DNA of 64,000 nt from Dudresnaya verticillata. Taxonomy: Eukaryota. The position numbers were made by a program, and so were the translations under genes. The stretch spans positions 1,240,001 through 1,304,000 of the forward strand of contig OZ374557.1 in the NCBI GenBank assembly GCA_977862235.1. Direction: 5' to 3'. The first letter of the stretch is position 1. Every line of letters starts with the position of its first letter. Positions 36,444 to 50,454 of the stretch are shown piece by piece. The notes below the pieces were generated by a model that made no database searches, was not told the DNA's origin, and saw only the letters and a list, made by a program, of their open reading frames with translations.

Positions 36444-37650
36444 TGTTGTTGGATCGTTAAGAACGGTTCGTGGGCGCGAGAGTTCGTGTGGTGTCGCTCC
36501 GCTTGTCCCGCAGCGGGGCGGCGAGCGAGGGATTCATACTTCATAGACGATTAGTGCCGCGTCTCACGACGTAGGTTGTAGTGGAAGGTCATACGGGCAC
36601 GGGGGTTACCCTCGCTTGTGAAGCCCGAATAAACTTGACCGTTGTCAAACGTAGTTGCTTATGTGTCCACTTGATGTAGAGCGCTGCGATAGCGAATAGT
36701 AGGTAGCCGACGGGTCCCGTTCGTATAGACGTTGTTGTTGTCTATCCGCTGTAGTAGCGTTTGCGTAGAAGCTTGGGGCGGTGCCGCCTTGGTGGCGTTT
36801 GTCCTCTTTCTCGATGCCGCTGCAGTAGCTTAAGCCCTTTTGGGAGGGCCCATTTTCTCATGCCGACTTAGTCGTTTTGTTCAGATTATGATTCCGCTTG
36901 TTAAGCGAATAGGTAGTTGGGGAGCCGTTTTTCGGTTGAGTTTTCTTCGTTGACGTAGGGCATGTTGCGTTGGCGTCGGGGACGGCTAGGTTGGCGGTGC
37001 GCCGCGCGTTGGGCGCGCTTCCTGGGACTCCTGGGTGCGGCTGCCGCGCCTAGCGGCGGAGTCATTTTTGCGATTAGCGCGTCGTGCACGAAACGTAGCC
37101 CAACCCCGTCTTCGACGACTGTTTCTTCTCTCGTGTTTGCGGGCGACCCCTTTTTCGACTTGAGACACGTCATTGACGTTCGCGAGCGTCACCCTCGAGG
37201 CGGTTGCGTGCGCCGCCCGTAAGGGTGACGAGTTTCGGACTTGGCCGTGGGTGGCGCGCCTGGGCGAGGACGTCGGAGACGGTTTGTCGCGTCCGTGCTT
37301 GGTTGACTCGTGGGCGCTCGTAGTGCTGGGGTACACACTTGTCAGGTTCCTGTTTGTTGGGCGCCGCCGCCTGGCTGGTGCCCGCGTTATTATTTTCACA
37401 TTAAAATTTTCCATTTCGTTTGTTGCCCGATTTCGTGTGGTGCGTGCGCCCTCCACGCCTTCTGACTACTGTCAGCCGTTCTGTCCTTACGGACCCCCTC
37501 CGAAGAGGGTTGCCTATTCGCGTATCGCCAACTCAATCGTCCTTGATCCGGTTGATTACAGCCCCAGTCGTCCGTAACGAGTGCACGTCCGCGTCAATGC
37601 GTATGAGGATGTGGCGTGTGTTTCGCTTCCAGCGCCCACCCTGACTAGGG

Positions 37651-40600
37651 TTATCCGCGTTGCGCGTCGTCGATGTTTGGCGGTAGACGCGTGTGCTTCT
37701 GGCGGTGATACCGCACGACGTGCGATCGCGGTAGACTGGACACGGGTTCCCAGGTATTCGCTGAAGCGGGGTATCCAAACCACTTGACGCGGTAGAGGAT
37801 CTCACCGTCTTCCGCGTGTGCGTGCGACTCAACGCGTTCGATAACGTACTCCTTCTCGCTTGCAGCGGTCGACGTGGGCTCCTGCCGTTCTAACGCCTTG
37901 GGCGGTTCACTTCGTTGCGTGATGGGCGTCTGCACCGGTTCAGCAAATCGTACTCGACGAGTCGATCGCCTGAGGCGCTGGGTCGGTGCCCCGAGCGCTT
38001 GCGTCGCGGTTTGTGGTTCGTCGCTTTTGCGTACTGGATCCTCGCTTCTAGCGGCGTCCTTCGCGTTAGCGCGGTCTTCCTCATCGTCAATCGATGCGCT
38101 CGAAGCGGGACCTACCTTGGTAGCCGGCGAAGCCGAGGTTGCGTGTCCCATTCGCGTACGGATGCCGGGACCCTCCTCCTCGTCGGGGACGGATTGCGAT
38201 ACACCGTCGTCGGGGTTAGCGGCGAAGGGCGAGAGCTCTGCTAACCCTCGACTTCGTGGCGTTGCATTCATTCGCTCCTGCGAGTCGTCCGTGCTGCGCG
38301 GTGTCCCTGTCCCTCCTGCCGGGTCCGCCTGTGGCGTGTCTGGGGTTCCTGCTCCTTCGTCGGTTGACGTGGGGGCTGTGGGCCCCGGTACGTGAGGTGG
38401 TCCCGGTGGCTGCATGGTTGCGGGGGCTGTGTGCCCTGGTGGGGTTGGCGCCCATACCACGCGGTCCCGGGATAAACGTTCGCGTTCTCCACGTCCCTTG
38501 TCGACGGTGACTGTCCCGTCGTCGACGTGAGTTACTCGATACGGTCCATCCGCCACCGGTGCGAGCTTGTGCTTGCGCTCTGAGCGATCGGTGCTCCCGC
38601 CGCGGGCGAAGTATTCCTTCCGCACGAATGCGAAGTCGCCCACAGCGATGTTCTCCTTCGATTTCCTCAGACGAGTATCGAAGTTCCGTTTGTAACGCGC
38701 CTGCGTTTTCGCGAGCGACGCGTTAGCGGTTCCCATCAATGCGGACAGCCAGGTTCGCCATTTGGTGTAGTACTGTCCGGCAGTGGGCACGCTTTCAAGC
38801 GACGGCTCCGCTTCCAGCGACAATGGCCGCGGGGGCTTAGACAACACCAGTTCGAATGGAGCGAGGTGGGTAGACGAGTGCAGTTGCGTATTGTATGCGA
38901 ACGTCAAGGCATCGGTGAACAGATCCCAGTCCCTGGGGTGGTCTGCTACGTAGTGACGCAGGGAGGCGAGGATGGTTCGATTGAATCGTTCCACTTGGCC
39001 GTTACACTGCGGATGGTATGTAGTGGTGAAGAGATTCTCCACCCCTAAGATGCGGCAGACGTCCTGAAACAACTTGGCTACAAATTGCGGCCCGTTGTCG
39101 GACAGCAGCTTCTTGGGTGGGCCATACACGAACACCCAGTGTCGAACAAACGCCTTAGTGATTTCCAATGCCGTAATCTTGCGTAAGGGAACCGTCCGGA
39201 CCAGCTTTGAGAAGCGGTCCACGATGACGAGTAGGAACTTTTCCCCCCGCTTAGTGCGTATGAGCTCCCCACGTATATCCATGGACACAAACTCGAGAGG
39301 CTCGGTTGCTGGGAACAGATTCATCTCCTTCACGTTCTTTCGCATCAGTACCCGGTTCTTCGCGCAAGTAACGCAATTGCGGACAGTCGCGTAACAGTCC
39401 ACCGACATAGACGGCCAATAATACTCGCGTCGAAGCGTATGGTACAGCTTCCGCCCTCCGGGATGTCCTGCTAATTTGGCATGATGCCGGAGATGGAGCA
39501 ATCGAACGCGTAACACGGATGGTACAACGACTTGGGGTCGGGTCTCGACGGTCCGAACCAATAGTCCCTGTTCATCCGTTGCAAACAGTAGGTTGTCTCC
39601 GTCGTCTAGAAGTTTCCGGATCTCGGAACAGTACTGGTCACTGCCCTGAGCATGCACCAACTCTTCATGCGTCAATTGACGGAGGAGCACTTCATCCGCC
39701 GGTGGCGCGTTGGTAACCAACATCTGGTCAAACGCCTCGAAGTCTTGTTCGGAGAAATCGACTTCGCTCTTGGCGTTTGACTATCGCTTTCTGCGTGAGC
39801 GTAGCCGTTCTCTGACGAGTGATCCTCGTCTCTGACGCAACTTCCGTGGTAACACGGGATATCATCGTCGATTGGTTCGACAGTTTCGCCGTTCGTCTGT
39901 AGACGTGAGAGGGCATCTGCCTGAGTATTCAGGTACCCCTTTTTATACTTCACGACGAAGTCGAACTCAGAGAGGCGAAGGCGCCATCTCATTAACCGTC
40001 CCGAGGGGTCGCTGATTTCCATGAGCCACCTCAACGACAAATGGTCCGTATGGACTACGAAGGACTCCATCTGAAGGTACGGTCTCAACGTCGTGATCGA
40101 CCAGACTAGTGCTAAGCATTCCTTTTCGGATACCGAGTAGTTGCGCTCCGGAGCGGTTAACGAGAGTGACCAGAAGCCAAGCGGCTTCTGTTCGCCATCA
40201 GGCTGCGTTTGAAAGAGTGCGCAGCCAACTTGGTATTCGCTCGCGTCACAATCGACGGAGTACGGTAGTCCTTGTTGTGGCAACGCCAGGATGGGCGGGT
40301 GAGTCACCGCTTCGACAAACGTACTGAATGCCCGAGCTTGCTCCTCGGTGAACGGTTGTAACCGGAAGTCTTGCTCTTTCCTTAACAATTTGTTGAGGGG
40401 AGCGGCGACATGCGCGTATCGCGATACAAACCGTCTATAGACGTTGCATAATCCGAGAAAGCTCGGATTATCTTCTGGTCCCGCGGATGCTTGGCTTCGC
40501 GTAACGCGGCTGTGACCGTACGGTCTACTTCCAATCGTCCCGGACGTATCACATGGCCGAGATAGTTGACGGTCGGGGTGAAGAAGTCGCACTTGGTTAA

Positions 40601-42384
40601 CTTCAATGTCACCCCGGCCCGATGCAAGGTCGAAAGGATCTCGTCAACATGACGGAAGTGACTGTCGATATCGTTCGAGAAGATGAACACATCGTCAAGG
40701 TAGACGAGGCATGAGCGCCACTTGTAACCAACAAGCAGGATATCGAGGGTCCGTTGAAACGTGGCCGGTGCGTTAGTAAGTCCGAAGGGCATACGTTTGT
40801 AGCGGAACAATCCGGCATGGCACGTGAACACCGTCTTGTCGCGATCTCGCGGGTTGATGGGCACCTGCCAGTAACCACTATTGCAGTCTAGGGTGGTGAA
40901 GACGTTCGCTTCCCCTAGACTGTCAATACATTCATCGATTCGCGGGAGAGGGTACGTATCTCGTACCGTTACCGCGTTCAAGCGACGGTAGTCAACGCAG
41001 AAGCGGAGTGTACCGTCCTTCTTGGGAGCAAAGATGACCGGCGACGCCCATGGAGATTGTGCGGGTTCGATAACCCCCTGACGCAACATGCGATCCACCT
41101 TCGTTTGAGCGAGCTGCCTTTGCTTTGGGCCAGCGCGATAAGGCCGGGATGAAATCGGCCTGGAGCCGGGGAGCAAGTCAATATAGTGCTCCGTGGTTGC
41201 GATTTCTCCTAATGAACCGTCCCACATCGACGAGTACCTGCGCAGCATCTCCTTCAGCCGTCCTTGATGTTCGGCTGAGAGACGACTCAGGTCCAACTCG
41301 TCCACTGACGGAGGTTTCGCTACAGTTGTTTCGATCGACTTAGCGAATGTATCCGGCTGTGCCGTTACTCCATCATTCGTTTGAAAACGGAAATCTTGAT
41401 TCACCTCTTCCTCCGCTGCCTGCTCCTTGGTGATACCTAGGACATCGGCCAGACTTATGTGACTGGGGAACACTGCTGTGGGATGTGGAAACGCGGTAGC
41501 GATGACTTGTCCTTTGACGAGCGCTTGCGGACGCGGGGAGAAGTTTGCGACGAGAATCCCGAACACTCTCAGTGGCTCTACCTGAGCGACCCCATTGGTA
41601 ACGGCCAAAGCTTGCCGATCGTATAACGTTCCAAACGGTTGAATGGTAATGACCCCTGCTCGCTCGGTTGTTAGCGAGATCCGCTTCTGCGCCTGTGGCG
41701 GGACGATTGTTCGTTCCGCGACGCGTATCTTGGGCGACGTTCGCCCTTTGGCCGTGCCGTACTCTTGTTCCGTTGGCAACGGGGGTACGACGGGGGCCGA
41801 CGCAGCGGGCGGCGCGTTATAGGGACACGGGTCCCGTCGTCCAACTCAATCTCTCGACTTCGCGGATAAATCTCTTCGACGAAGCGGTCGCAAAAGTCGC
41901 AACCGAGTATAACCTGTGCAGCGAGCCGCTCACAAACGATCAACTCCAACTTGACAACCCTTCGCCCGAGACGTACGACTAAGTCGATAGTACCCCTGAT
42001 CTGAATCGCCTTGTTGTTAGCGTCTGAGATGACGGGGAGACTCTTGGATACGATCCGTGGTCGCGCTTCTAGCGGAATATCGTCAATACGGATGAAATTC
42101 GGACCAGCCCCCGTGTCGAGGACAGTGAGTTTACGTGCCAAGGTACCTACAGTTACGCCTAGATCCGCATATACTTTGTAGTTCCTTTTGGCCATTACAA
42201 ACAACTGTCCCCGGGCTTGTGGGGGGCTGTTACCTACGCCAGGGGCGCTTCAAGGACGTCTGTGACGAGTCTACCCGCCTATCGGCGTATTTGTTAACCA
42301 AGTTCGGGTCCTCCTTCCGTGTCAGCACCCGAGGCGGAAGACTCTCTGCTTGGTGCGACACCCAAGTGTCAGGAGTTGGTACCC
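37651..42384 (-). pseudogene. pol: pol of A2, frameshifted
   Basis: ORFs 41671..42204 (DTG), 40382..41779 (RT, YLDD), 39672..40592 (RNase H) and 37651..39723 (IN plus chromodomain YRVKWFGY..NTWEP). Confidence 0.95.
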
Positions 42385-45300
42385 TCATAATTTATTCGCC
42401 TGCGGCGGTTGTAGCGGCGCTGTGTAGCGATTGATCACCGTCGGATGACGTTCTGCTGCATGTGGCATAGGTCCGCCCCTTGGCGACGGCGGTCGTGCTG
42501 CACGGCGTGCTGCCTCGTGCGCAGCGCGTTCTTTGTACTGAGTGTACGCGTCAGCGGGGATCCCCGCCTTCTCGGCGTCTGTTAAGCCTTCGTAGTTGGC
42601 GATCGCTTTCATATACTCGCTCATGCGGAGGAAGCAGTCCGGTGCGATGTGGCCACGGGCATAACACTGATGACAGATCAACTGTCTGCGAGCGTCTTGA
42701 CGGAACGGACCCCTGTCTTGCCGACCAGGCCTCGCCCGATGGACGTGGGGGGCATACACCGAGTACGGGACGCGTGGCGCGGGCACAACGGAACGCCCAA
42801 AGGCGAGTGTAGGATCCATTGCCCCTGTGTCCTCGTCTTCGACGTAGCTGTCCGTTGGTAACGCTGACGTTGGCACTGACGCTTGTTCATCGGCCAAGTA
42901 GAGATCGCCATCGGCGTGTGTTTCCATATCGTCCGCATGACGGGTGACGTCACGGAACTCAACGGAAGACTCCGCTATCATAGTGCGTGCGGCAGGCTTC
43001 GTTCCCCTCGTCTGTTGACGTAGAACTGTTCGGTTGTCGCCAATGGCGGGGCGCAATGCGCGAGCGGCTTGGGCCGCGGCCATTATATCCCATCTTACTG
43101 ACGTTGGCCCTGCCGTGCCTTGCGCGTTGCGCGTCGCCTTCGTCTTGCGCGAAGTGGACTAAACGTTCAAAAGACAACTCCGCCCTCGGCGTTTCTTCGC
43201 GGAAGCGGGCCACTAAGGACCTGATCATCGGGTCTAACCCATCGATGTACAGTGTCATCTTTTCCCATTCGGGATAAACGTTACCGCAACGAATACATGC
43301 GCCGGCGAGTCTCATGCCGTAAGTCGTTTCGTCTTCGCCCTGCTTCTGACTAGTCGACCGCAGGGCGAGGACAGCGTCTCGAATCGCCGAAGGCGTGGCG
43401 TACGTGCGGAGGAGGTAGTGCACCGCCTCCGGGTACGATGATACGCCGCCGCGGTGGCGAGAGGACGTCGATTTGACGGAGCGGAATTTCGTAGCTGCCG
43501 TGCCTCTTAAGAAGTACGGCAGCGCGACGAACGCTTGTGCTTCGCTCATCTCTAGCGTGTCCACTTCATCCGCGAACCGCGTTAAAAATTCGAGAACCAT
43601 GACGGGGTCGCTGCCGTTGAAGGCGGCGTCCTTCATTGTTAACTCGAGTCGCTTGATATGGTCTTTGACTGTAGTATAGCTGTCAGCACCCTACCAGCAG
43701 CGGCTGTAAGGTATGCTGGCAGCCCTGCACTGTAATGGTGCACACGATGACGCGCTGGCGAGTCGTGGTTGGGCAGCGTGCCCTTAGTTTTTTCATTGAA
43801 TTAGTAGCGGTCGAACGCATTGCTGCCGGCAGCGGCCGCGCGCCGTGCTGCACACGGCGCGCCCCTGTGACGCTCTCGGGCATCGAGCCGTTGAGAGGGC
43901 CGCCGCCCGTTGCGCCCCGCGCGCGCCCACGGGTAACCGTTACCCGGACGTGTCGACACCTGTATGGGCGCGCGCTCGCACACCTCCCGTGTTGGTGTTG
44001 TGGGGCGCATCTACTGTAGAAGTAGTCGTAGTGCATATATTGTAGGGTATTTAAGACCGTCGGCCATCGACGGCTCAGTAAACCGGGCAAGCAACAGCTG
44101 GCGCTGAAGCTTGCCCCCAGCCTTTTCGGGTTCGATCCCTTTGCCTTACGCCAGCGGGCGGTTTCCCTTCTTCCCCTTGCCTCGCTAGGCTTTCCCCTTT
44201 CCTTTTCTTTTCCGTCGGCTTCGTGCCGCACTTCGACAGGGACGCTGGGATCCGGCCGCTGCCTACCCGCGTACGGTACGCCCCGTGCGCGCTCCGGCAT
44301 CGACGCCGTCGATCCGCACCTGCGGGGCGCACGCGGCCGACACCGCTCTACCAACCCCGACAGCTACCCATCGACGGGTCTGTGTGGCGGCTTCGGACCA
44401 GCAAGTATCAGACGTCGGATCGACCCGACGTCTATACTACATTGACCTTCCCGGTTTCTCGTCCAGAGCGCTTCTGTCCTACGTCTTGGAGACGGTATGT
44501 GCGGTACGATAGCAGCTGGTCGAAGAGAGGATTGGAGGGGCTTAGCTCCTTCAGTCCCTTGTATCGCTTTCCGCGGGGTCGTATTGCACTGCCGTGGGTC
44601 ACGTGGTCGTCGTCGTCTGACGAAGAGTTGGTTGAGCCATCGTCACTAGACGTGTCCGAAGAGGATGAGGATGAGTCCCCTCGTCGGTGACGGTTCTTCT
44701 TCCGTCCATGACGCGACTTGCGATTATTCTTGCCCCGTTTCTTACGATCTTTGCGTCGGCGACGGTCTTCCTCGGAACTATCGTCATCAGACGGCGGCTC
44801 TTGGCGCCATTTGGCGGTTTCCAGTCGCTCCAAGCAGGTTGCTAATCGTTGAAAGCGTTCACGTGAACTCAGTTCGGACTGAGAGTGGACCGTCAATGCC
44901 GCTGGCTGCGGGGCATCTACTCCGTGGTTGGGGTTCGTCATCGGACGGTCGAGGTCGGAACGGAGTCCTTGAAGGGCACCGTCCCGATCTTCTTCCAACG
45001 TCTGCAGACGGCTGAAAATACCTCCGACATTGTCGTCGAGCATCTCCGCGAATCGAGCGAGTACGTTACCGTCTTCGGCAACACATACTTCCCGAATCCG
45101 CTCGCGAGGTATCGTGAGATTACCAACGCGGGCGGATGCTGGGGACGCCATTGGCGGTGTGTGCGCGGGGGTCGACGCCTGCGGCGGACCTCCCGTGCTG
45201 CGCGGTTGCGCTAACGGCCTGGCCGGTGAACATCCGGCACTGCCGTGGGGTCGGGGACAGCAGCCCCTTGGGGTTGGTGATTCGTCTACGACGTCGCGCC

Positions 45301-45714
45301 CCGCAGGGCGTTCCTGGTCGTCGTTGACGAGTAAGGTTGGTTGGTGGACCGGAACTTCTGGTTGTTCCTCGACGATGTCGGCTTGGGCTCCGTCCTCGAC
45401 GGGTCGCTGTTCGGCTTGTACCGTGTCAGCGGAATCCACGTGCGAGTGGTAGGTTCGGAGGGCCGATTCGTTGGGAACGGTGGTGCGAATAACGACGGGT
45501 ACCGGCGGGGAAGGTACTTCTCCCCTGTTGAGCGATATATGGGATTGATCGTGGCTTGGATCGGTCGGGAAGGCCGATGCGATCTCGGGGCTCACGAGGC
45601 GCCCAGACCTCGTTGTCATCCGCTGTAGCGACCGCTCTGACGCGGGGACACTCACCGGCGTCGATGACGGTCTTCTTCAACTGGGGCCTCGCGACGGCGG
45701 CGGTCGTGAGGCCA
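42385..45714 (-). pseudogene. gag: gag of A2, interrupted by a solo LTR
   Basis: ORFs 44432..45655, 42959..43636 and 42385..43083 (CHQCYARGHIAPDC). Confidence 0.9.
43670..44441 (+). mobile_element. Solo LTR related to the element-E LTR, inserted in A2 gag
   Basis: TGTAGTATAG...CTATACTACA termini with a perfect TTGAC TSD (43665-43669, 44442-44446). Removing it restores colinearity with A1 gag. Confidence 0.95.
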
Positions 45715-45826
45715 TAATGCAGTCGTAGAGTTGCTTGAACGTCGTGGACGATTAGCGACGAACTTCTAGAGACGGAAGGTCGGACGTCGCACGACGGAGT
45801 AACTCGTTGAAAAGTAGCACACTTCT

Positions 45827-45840
45827 AGGTCGGGAGACCA
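45827..45840 (-). promoter_or_regulatory. PBS of A2
   Basis: TGGTCTCCCGACCT on the minus strand. Confidence 0.8.
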
Positions 45841-45842
45841 GT

Positions 45843-46755
45843 TTTAGTGCAAACGTCTTTGACGGAACACCGCCGAGCAGTTCGGGGCTCGGTGGGTAGC
45901 GACGACCGTGGCGATGAGTAGCCTCGCCTTGGGCGACTGGTGGTAGAGTGGTTGACTCGCCTTGGGCGGAATGTAAACGCCCGAGGCGGAAAGGAAGAAC
46001 AAAAGAGAACAGAAAGGGAACACGTCAAGGACGGGTAGAGACGTGGAAGCACGGGAGGTAGACGCTTAGCCGTACGCAGCGGTAGGGTACGCGTGTGCTG
46101 AACGGGGAAGTCTGGACCAAGGCCGGCTTGCCGGGGTTTACTGTCACGTCTGAGACGGATCAACTAAGTATAGAATTACCTAGCGCGGCGACGCGTGCGT
46201 AGGCGCCGCGCGGGGACTCAGGACACGTGTTGTCCCGAGGCGCGTCCGACAGATCCGTCCGTCATGCAGCCACGCTCCTGATAGATCGCGCGTAGCTCCC
46301 CTGCTCGAGTCCTTACACCTACACGTGGATTACTTCCTTACAGCCGCATGCGCCTCATGGCGCGTGCGATCTTGACTCGCGCCAATCCCGATCCAGTCCG
46401 GATTCGGGCCAGCCATGCGGGTGCGCCAAGCTTACAGGCGCGGGCCTTACACTTCCTAATCCCGATGTCGGATCCCGATGTGGGATCCCAATTGGATCTG
46501 GATTCGGGCCACGCTTACAGCGAGCGTTCCTGCCACTGCGCCACGCGCGTACGCGTGGTGCCGTACAATGCCCCGGGTTCAGGCGTGCGGTCTGCACGCC
46601 AAGCGAGCCGTTCTGGCCCGAGTGGCCAGCGGCATGCGTCGGTGACGTGTTTGCGCCGCTGGCGGGTTGAGCGCGCCGTTGGCGGTCGTCCGTCGGTAGA
46701 CGCTGCATATCAACCCGCTTGAAAGCGAAAATGAGGGACCCCCCCTGGCACTACC
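45843..46755 (-). repeat. 5' LTR of A2
   Basis: Homologous to 5028-5927; termini mutated. Confidence 0.85.
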
Positions 46756-48810
46756 GGAAACGGCACACGGAAGGCCCATCGGAGTCGGATACACGGGACC
46801 AGGGGACAGAAGTCGTGAAAGACACTGGCTCCGTTATCATCACAACCCTCGCAAAGCGCACGAAAGCGCACGAGATCTGGACAGACACGGCCATCGCAGG
46901 CAGCAACCTCTTCGTGAGTAACTCCGAATATAGCGAACTGATCCCAAGCGAAGTACAACTGCGCAGACGGAAGTCTCGGAGCACCCTCATCCTTTTCCTC
47001 CGAATTTCGGAGGACCAAACGAAGAACTCAGCTGCCAACCCCGATTCACGAATTGCGAATTCCATCCGCCCGAACTTATGTACGGACTACCGAGTTCAGC
47101 CGCACCCGAAGGCCCCGAAGCCCCGATGTCCACAATTGGTGGATTCGCGAGAGTCCGAGGCGCCTATTCACCGGAGTCAGCCGCAGGACCAGCGACATTC
47201 GATGAAGTACCCGAAGCCCTCGGAGGCACCGCAACATCCCGCGTGGGCTCCGAGACCACACGTTCCGCAGCAGCAGCGGGCTCACCATCGAGGCGAGGAA
47301 GAGTCGCATCGACGCGCTCTTCGTGGGACTCGGTTCCTTTCTCGTGACCCTTGTCCACCATCGCAGGGTACGTGACACGACATTAACCTCATCGCAACCC
47401 ACGGAGGATCCGCAACACTTGCCCCAACACTGAGACCCGCAACCCACAACCGACCACCGCAAACCACCGAGGCCAACGAAGCATGCTTGTTGCAACAATA
47501 CGAACACCACGGAGCGGAGCGAACGATGCGAGAAAAGATGAACTGACGCACCAGAGCACACGAAGGAGCCGACGGTAGATACAAAAACCGAGAGTCAAGG
47601 AGCTGAAGCGAGTTGTGTGTGAGCGCGATGACTGAAGAATCAAGGGGCTCGGACCCAACGCAACACGAAGTTGAAATAACCCACGCGGCTCGCACCCCGT
47701 CTCCATGATCCGGGCACGCACGCGTCGACGGACGGCGCCGAAGCCCTAACCCGTTCTACATACGCGAAATATCTTCTTGATTAGCCAATACGAAGGCTCC
47801 ATCGCACACGTGATCCGAATTCAAATTCGTAAGACCCGAGACACCGCTGCGCGACGACATGAGCTCGAAGCATTCTCCGCGCCGCTACTCGGATGGCTCC
47901 ATCCGCGCTCCACCAAGGGAAACCAGGCCACGCCAATTCGTGATTCGTAACCCGCGACCGGGACGTTCGCACTTGAGGAGGGGGCCGTATGGTATAGACG
48001 CTGTGCGCGAAAGGACTCCATGGTCTACGTGAAAATAGTCGAGAAATACGAATTCCGAAGTGACTCCGTGAATGCGCACGCTATGATGGCAAACGTATTA
48101 CAGTGCACATACTGTGCGCGCGCCACGATGGCATTCGCATTACAGCACGCACGCGATACGAAATCGCTGACACCTCCGGACGAATTCCGAGTGGACTTCG
48201 TCATCGCGCGCGCCACGATGGCATTCGCATTACAGTGCGCACCCGATACGAAATCGCTGACACCTTCGTGAGCTTCCCGTTGTTTCCTGCGCGTAACGGC
48301 ACCGAGACCCACGACGCGTGTGCACCTCCGTATGCATCGCTGGCGCACTTCGTAACCGCCACCATACGCGAGACGACCGTTCGTTGGCACCGAGGCCGTT
48401 TCGAATCATTCGAGTACGAACCGTCTTCCGCGTTGACGTGTATTCATGCTCACGTAGTATTACTTAGCCAGTCGTCTGGCACAACCTCCGAGGGTTTCCG
48501 GTAAGCGACTAGCGCCCGGACCTCGGAGTCTTCGGTAAACGCCTGTTTCTTCGAGTTCGGTGTCTTCGTCTTCGTGACCGCGGATACGGTCGAGCCTCGC
48601 TTTCGGTAGCCCTGCGCACCCGGAGTCATCCCCGGTGATCGATCGCTTGAGTTCTCCCTTCCGCGCACGAATACGTTGACACCGTGGTCCTTCGTGTTGG
48701 TCGCTCCGCTCTACCACGCTACCATCCCTTTTTCTTTCTTCGTTAGGCTCCGAGGCCATTCCTTACAGTGCGAGACTTCCCCGAGTCACCGTGGACTTCG
48801 TTATTCCACA
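46756..48810 (+). mobile_element. 3' end of element B: internal 3' region, PPT and 3' LTR (47988-48810)
   Basis: GAGGAGGGGGCCG (47975-47987), then T(A)TGGTATA...TATTCCACA. The LTR is homologous to 4127-4959. Confidence 0.8.
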
Positions 48811-49432
48811 TTTCTCGAGACCATCTTTTCGGCTTCCTCCAAAGAACCTCCGGGTCGAAATGACTGTCGTAAAGTGACATGTGTAGCATGGTGGAACATC
48901 GGGTAGTTCGCAAAGATAGTCTTCTCGTCTTGAAGCTTCTTCATTGCGTATTTCTCCTCACATTGCCAGACAAACTTGGTACAAGCGAAATCCAATAACA
49001 ATTTCACCATGTGCGTTACCCGTTTTTCGAAGGTTGCGGCCTTGTCGCGGAATACGTGCGCAATGAGATCTCATTTGCATGCGTGCTTCAGTGTGGTTGT
49101 TGTCATGAACAAGAGGTCCTTTTCCTGATTGGCGATTTAGTTCCTCTCTCCTTACAATAGTTTTGGGAGATGTGTGGGGATAGATAGATCCACAAAACCA
49201 CAAACTCCAACAACGTTACACTTTCCATTTTCATGATTGCAGTGTTTCCATTCTCCTGGACGAAATGAATGACTATTGGGAAATCATTATCGTTCTCATC
49301 GTCGCTTTCGGAGAGAGCAGGCGCTTCGTGAAACCTTTCCAGTTCACCTTGGCGTGCAGCGGCTCGCTCGTGCAGCAGATCGAGCGCTTCGCCAACATCG
49401 ATAGAGGAATTGAAAATTGCGCGGGATGGCAT
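48811..49432 (-). pseudogene. N-terminal part of a second DDE_Tnp_4 transposase, cut by the B LTR
   Basis: SDDENDNDFP and HATHVTLRQSFRPGGSLEE align with SDDENDSSCP and YATDVKFQQCYRPIGSIQE at 18.5-19.1 kb. Confidence 0.7.
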
Positions 49433-50454
49433 GCTGGTGCTATCTCGGTTGGCCCTTAGAAGGTTGAGCGGTAGGTGTGACGGCGCTCTTTGGATCCCGG
49501 TAGGTAGGAAGGAGAGCAAGGAAGAGGGGTCGTGTCTCGATATGATCCTGGCTTGCGCGCGGAAAAGGTGCGATGCTAGTCGAAGGTAATATAGCGGGGT
49601 TTGCGCTTTGGCGCCAAAGGCACGCTCAGAGGTGGCCAAAGCGGCAGCGGGGTTTCCCGGGCGCGTGCCCGGGACGGGCATCGATGCTCGTGACGGACCC
49701 GCGCTGAGAAATAAGACCCTCGACGGTCGTCTCAGAAAAAGGCGCGACCTTCGACGGTCGCGATAGTCAATGCTGAGCGCCAGCCCCTGCCGCAGTCGAC
49801 AGTCGTGTAGAGGCCCAACGTAGTCGTTGATGGGGGCGCTCTGCCCCCTTCGACACCCACTGCACCCACCAAAGCGAGCGCCAAGAAGGGCACCGCTAAT
49901 GTGGTGGTGGCGGTCCGGGCGACGTCGACGTCGACGCGTGTGGGGCGGACTCTGCCGCCCCTCGCCCTGCTGGAACTCCCCCGCATTCACAGCGTCGATT
50001 AAGTCTATGACGGCCCTTCGATGGCCCAGTCACCTGATCTCAATGCCGTGCACTGCGCTTCGACACGCGTGGGCGTGAGGAGCAAGCCGTATGGCGGACG
50101 CGACGCTAGATGCGCATGCAGCCCCACAGCACACGCACGGCAAGTAGATTTGCGCGTGCGCTAGAACACTCGGCGCCCTGCGCGTGCGGAAGTGAATGCG
50201 CGGCGGTCTACGCACGCGCCATACAGTGGGCGGTCACGGCACTAGAGGCGCACGTGCCCTGTAAACCGTGGCGCTCTCTGCGCGCACGGTACTGTATGCG
50301 CGGCTGGCGACGCACGCGCAATACATTTTGGGGGCATCGCGCTAGGCGCGCGAACCCTATAATCTGGTGCGCGTCGACGCGCACGCAGAACGGGGCCGCC
50401 GCAGTGACGCGAGCCCCCGATGTTGTTTTTACGACGCAAGGCAGCATCAGAACC

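Larger units (their letters stand above)
34510..46755 (-). mobile_element. Ty3/Gypsy family A copy 2; 3' LTR missing, solo LTR nested in gag
   Basis: Colinear inverted homologue of 5028-16460. Confidence 0.95.

Noticed and set aside
4127..48810. Giant inverted segmental duplication or TIR-bounded mega-element (4.1-16.4 kb versus 34.5-48.8 kb)
   Set aside because: The spacers between the B LTR and A LTR differ. One B copy is a solo LTR with a TSD and the other follows a PPT. A1/A2 differences are synonymous-biased. These are independent insertions.
49460..50450. 3' LTR of element E
   Set aside because: Only short word matches to 60868-61701; no clear termini or PPT
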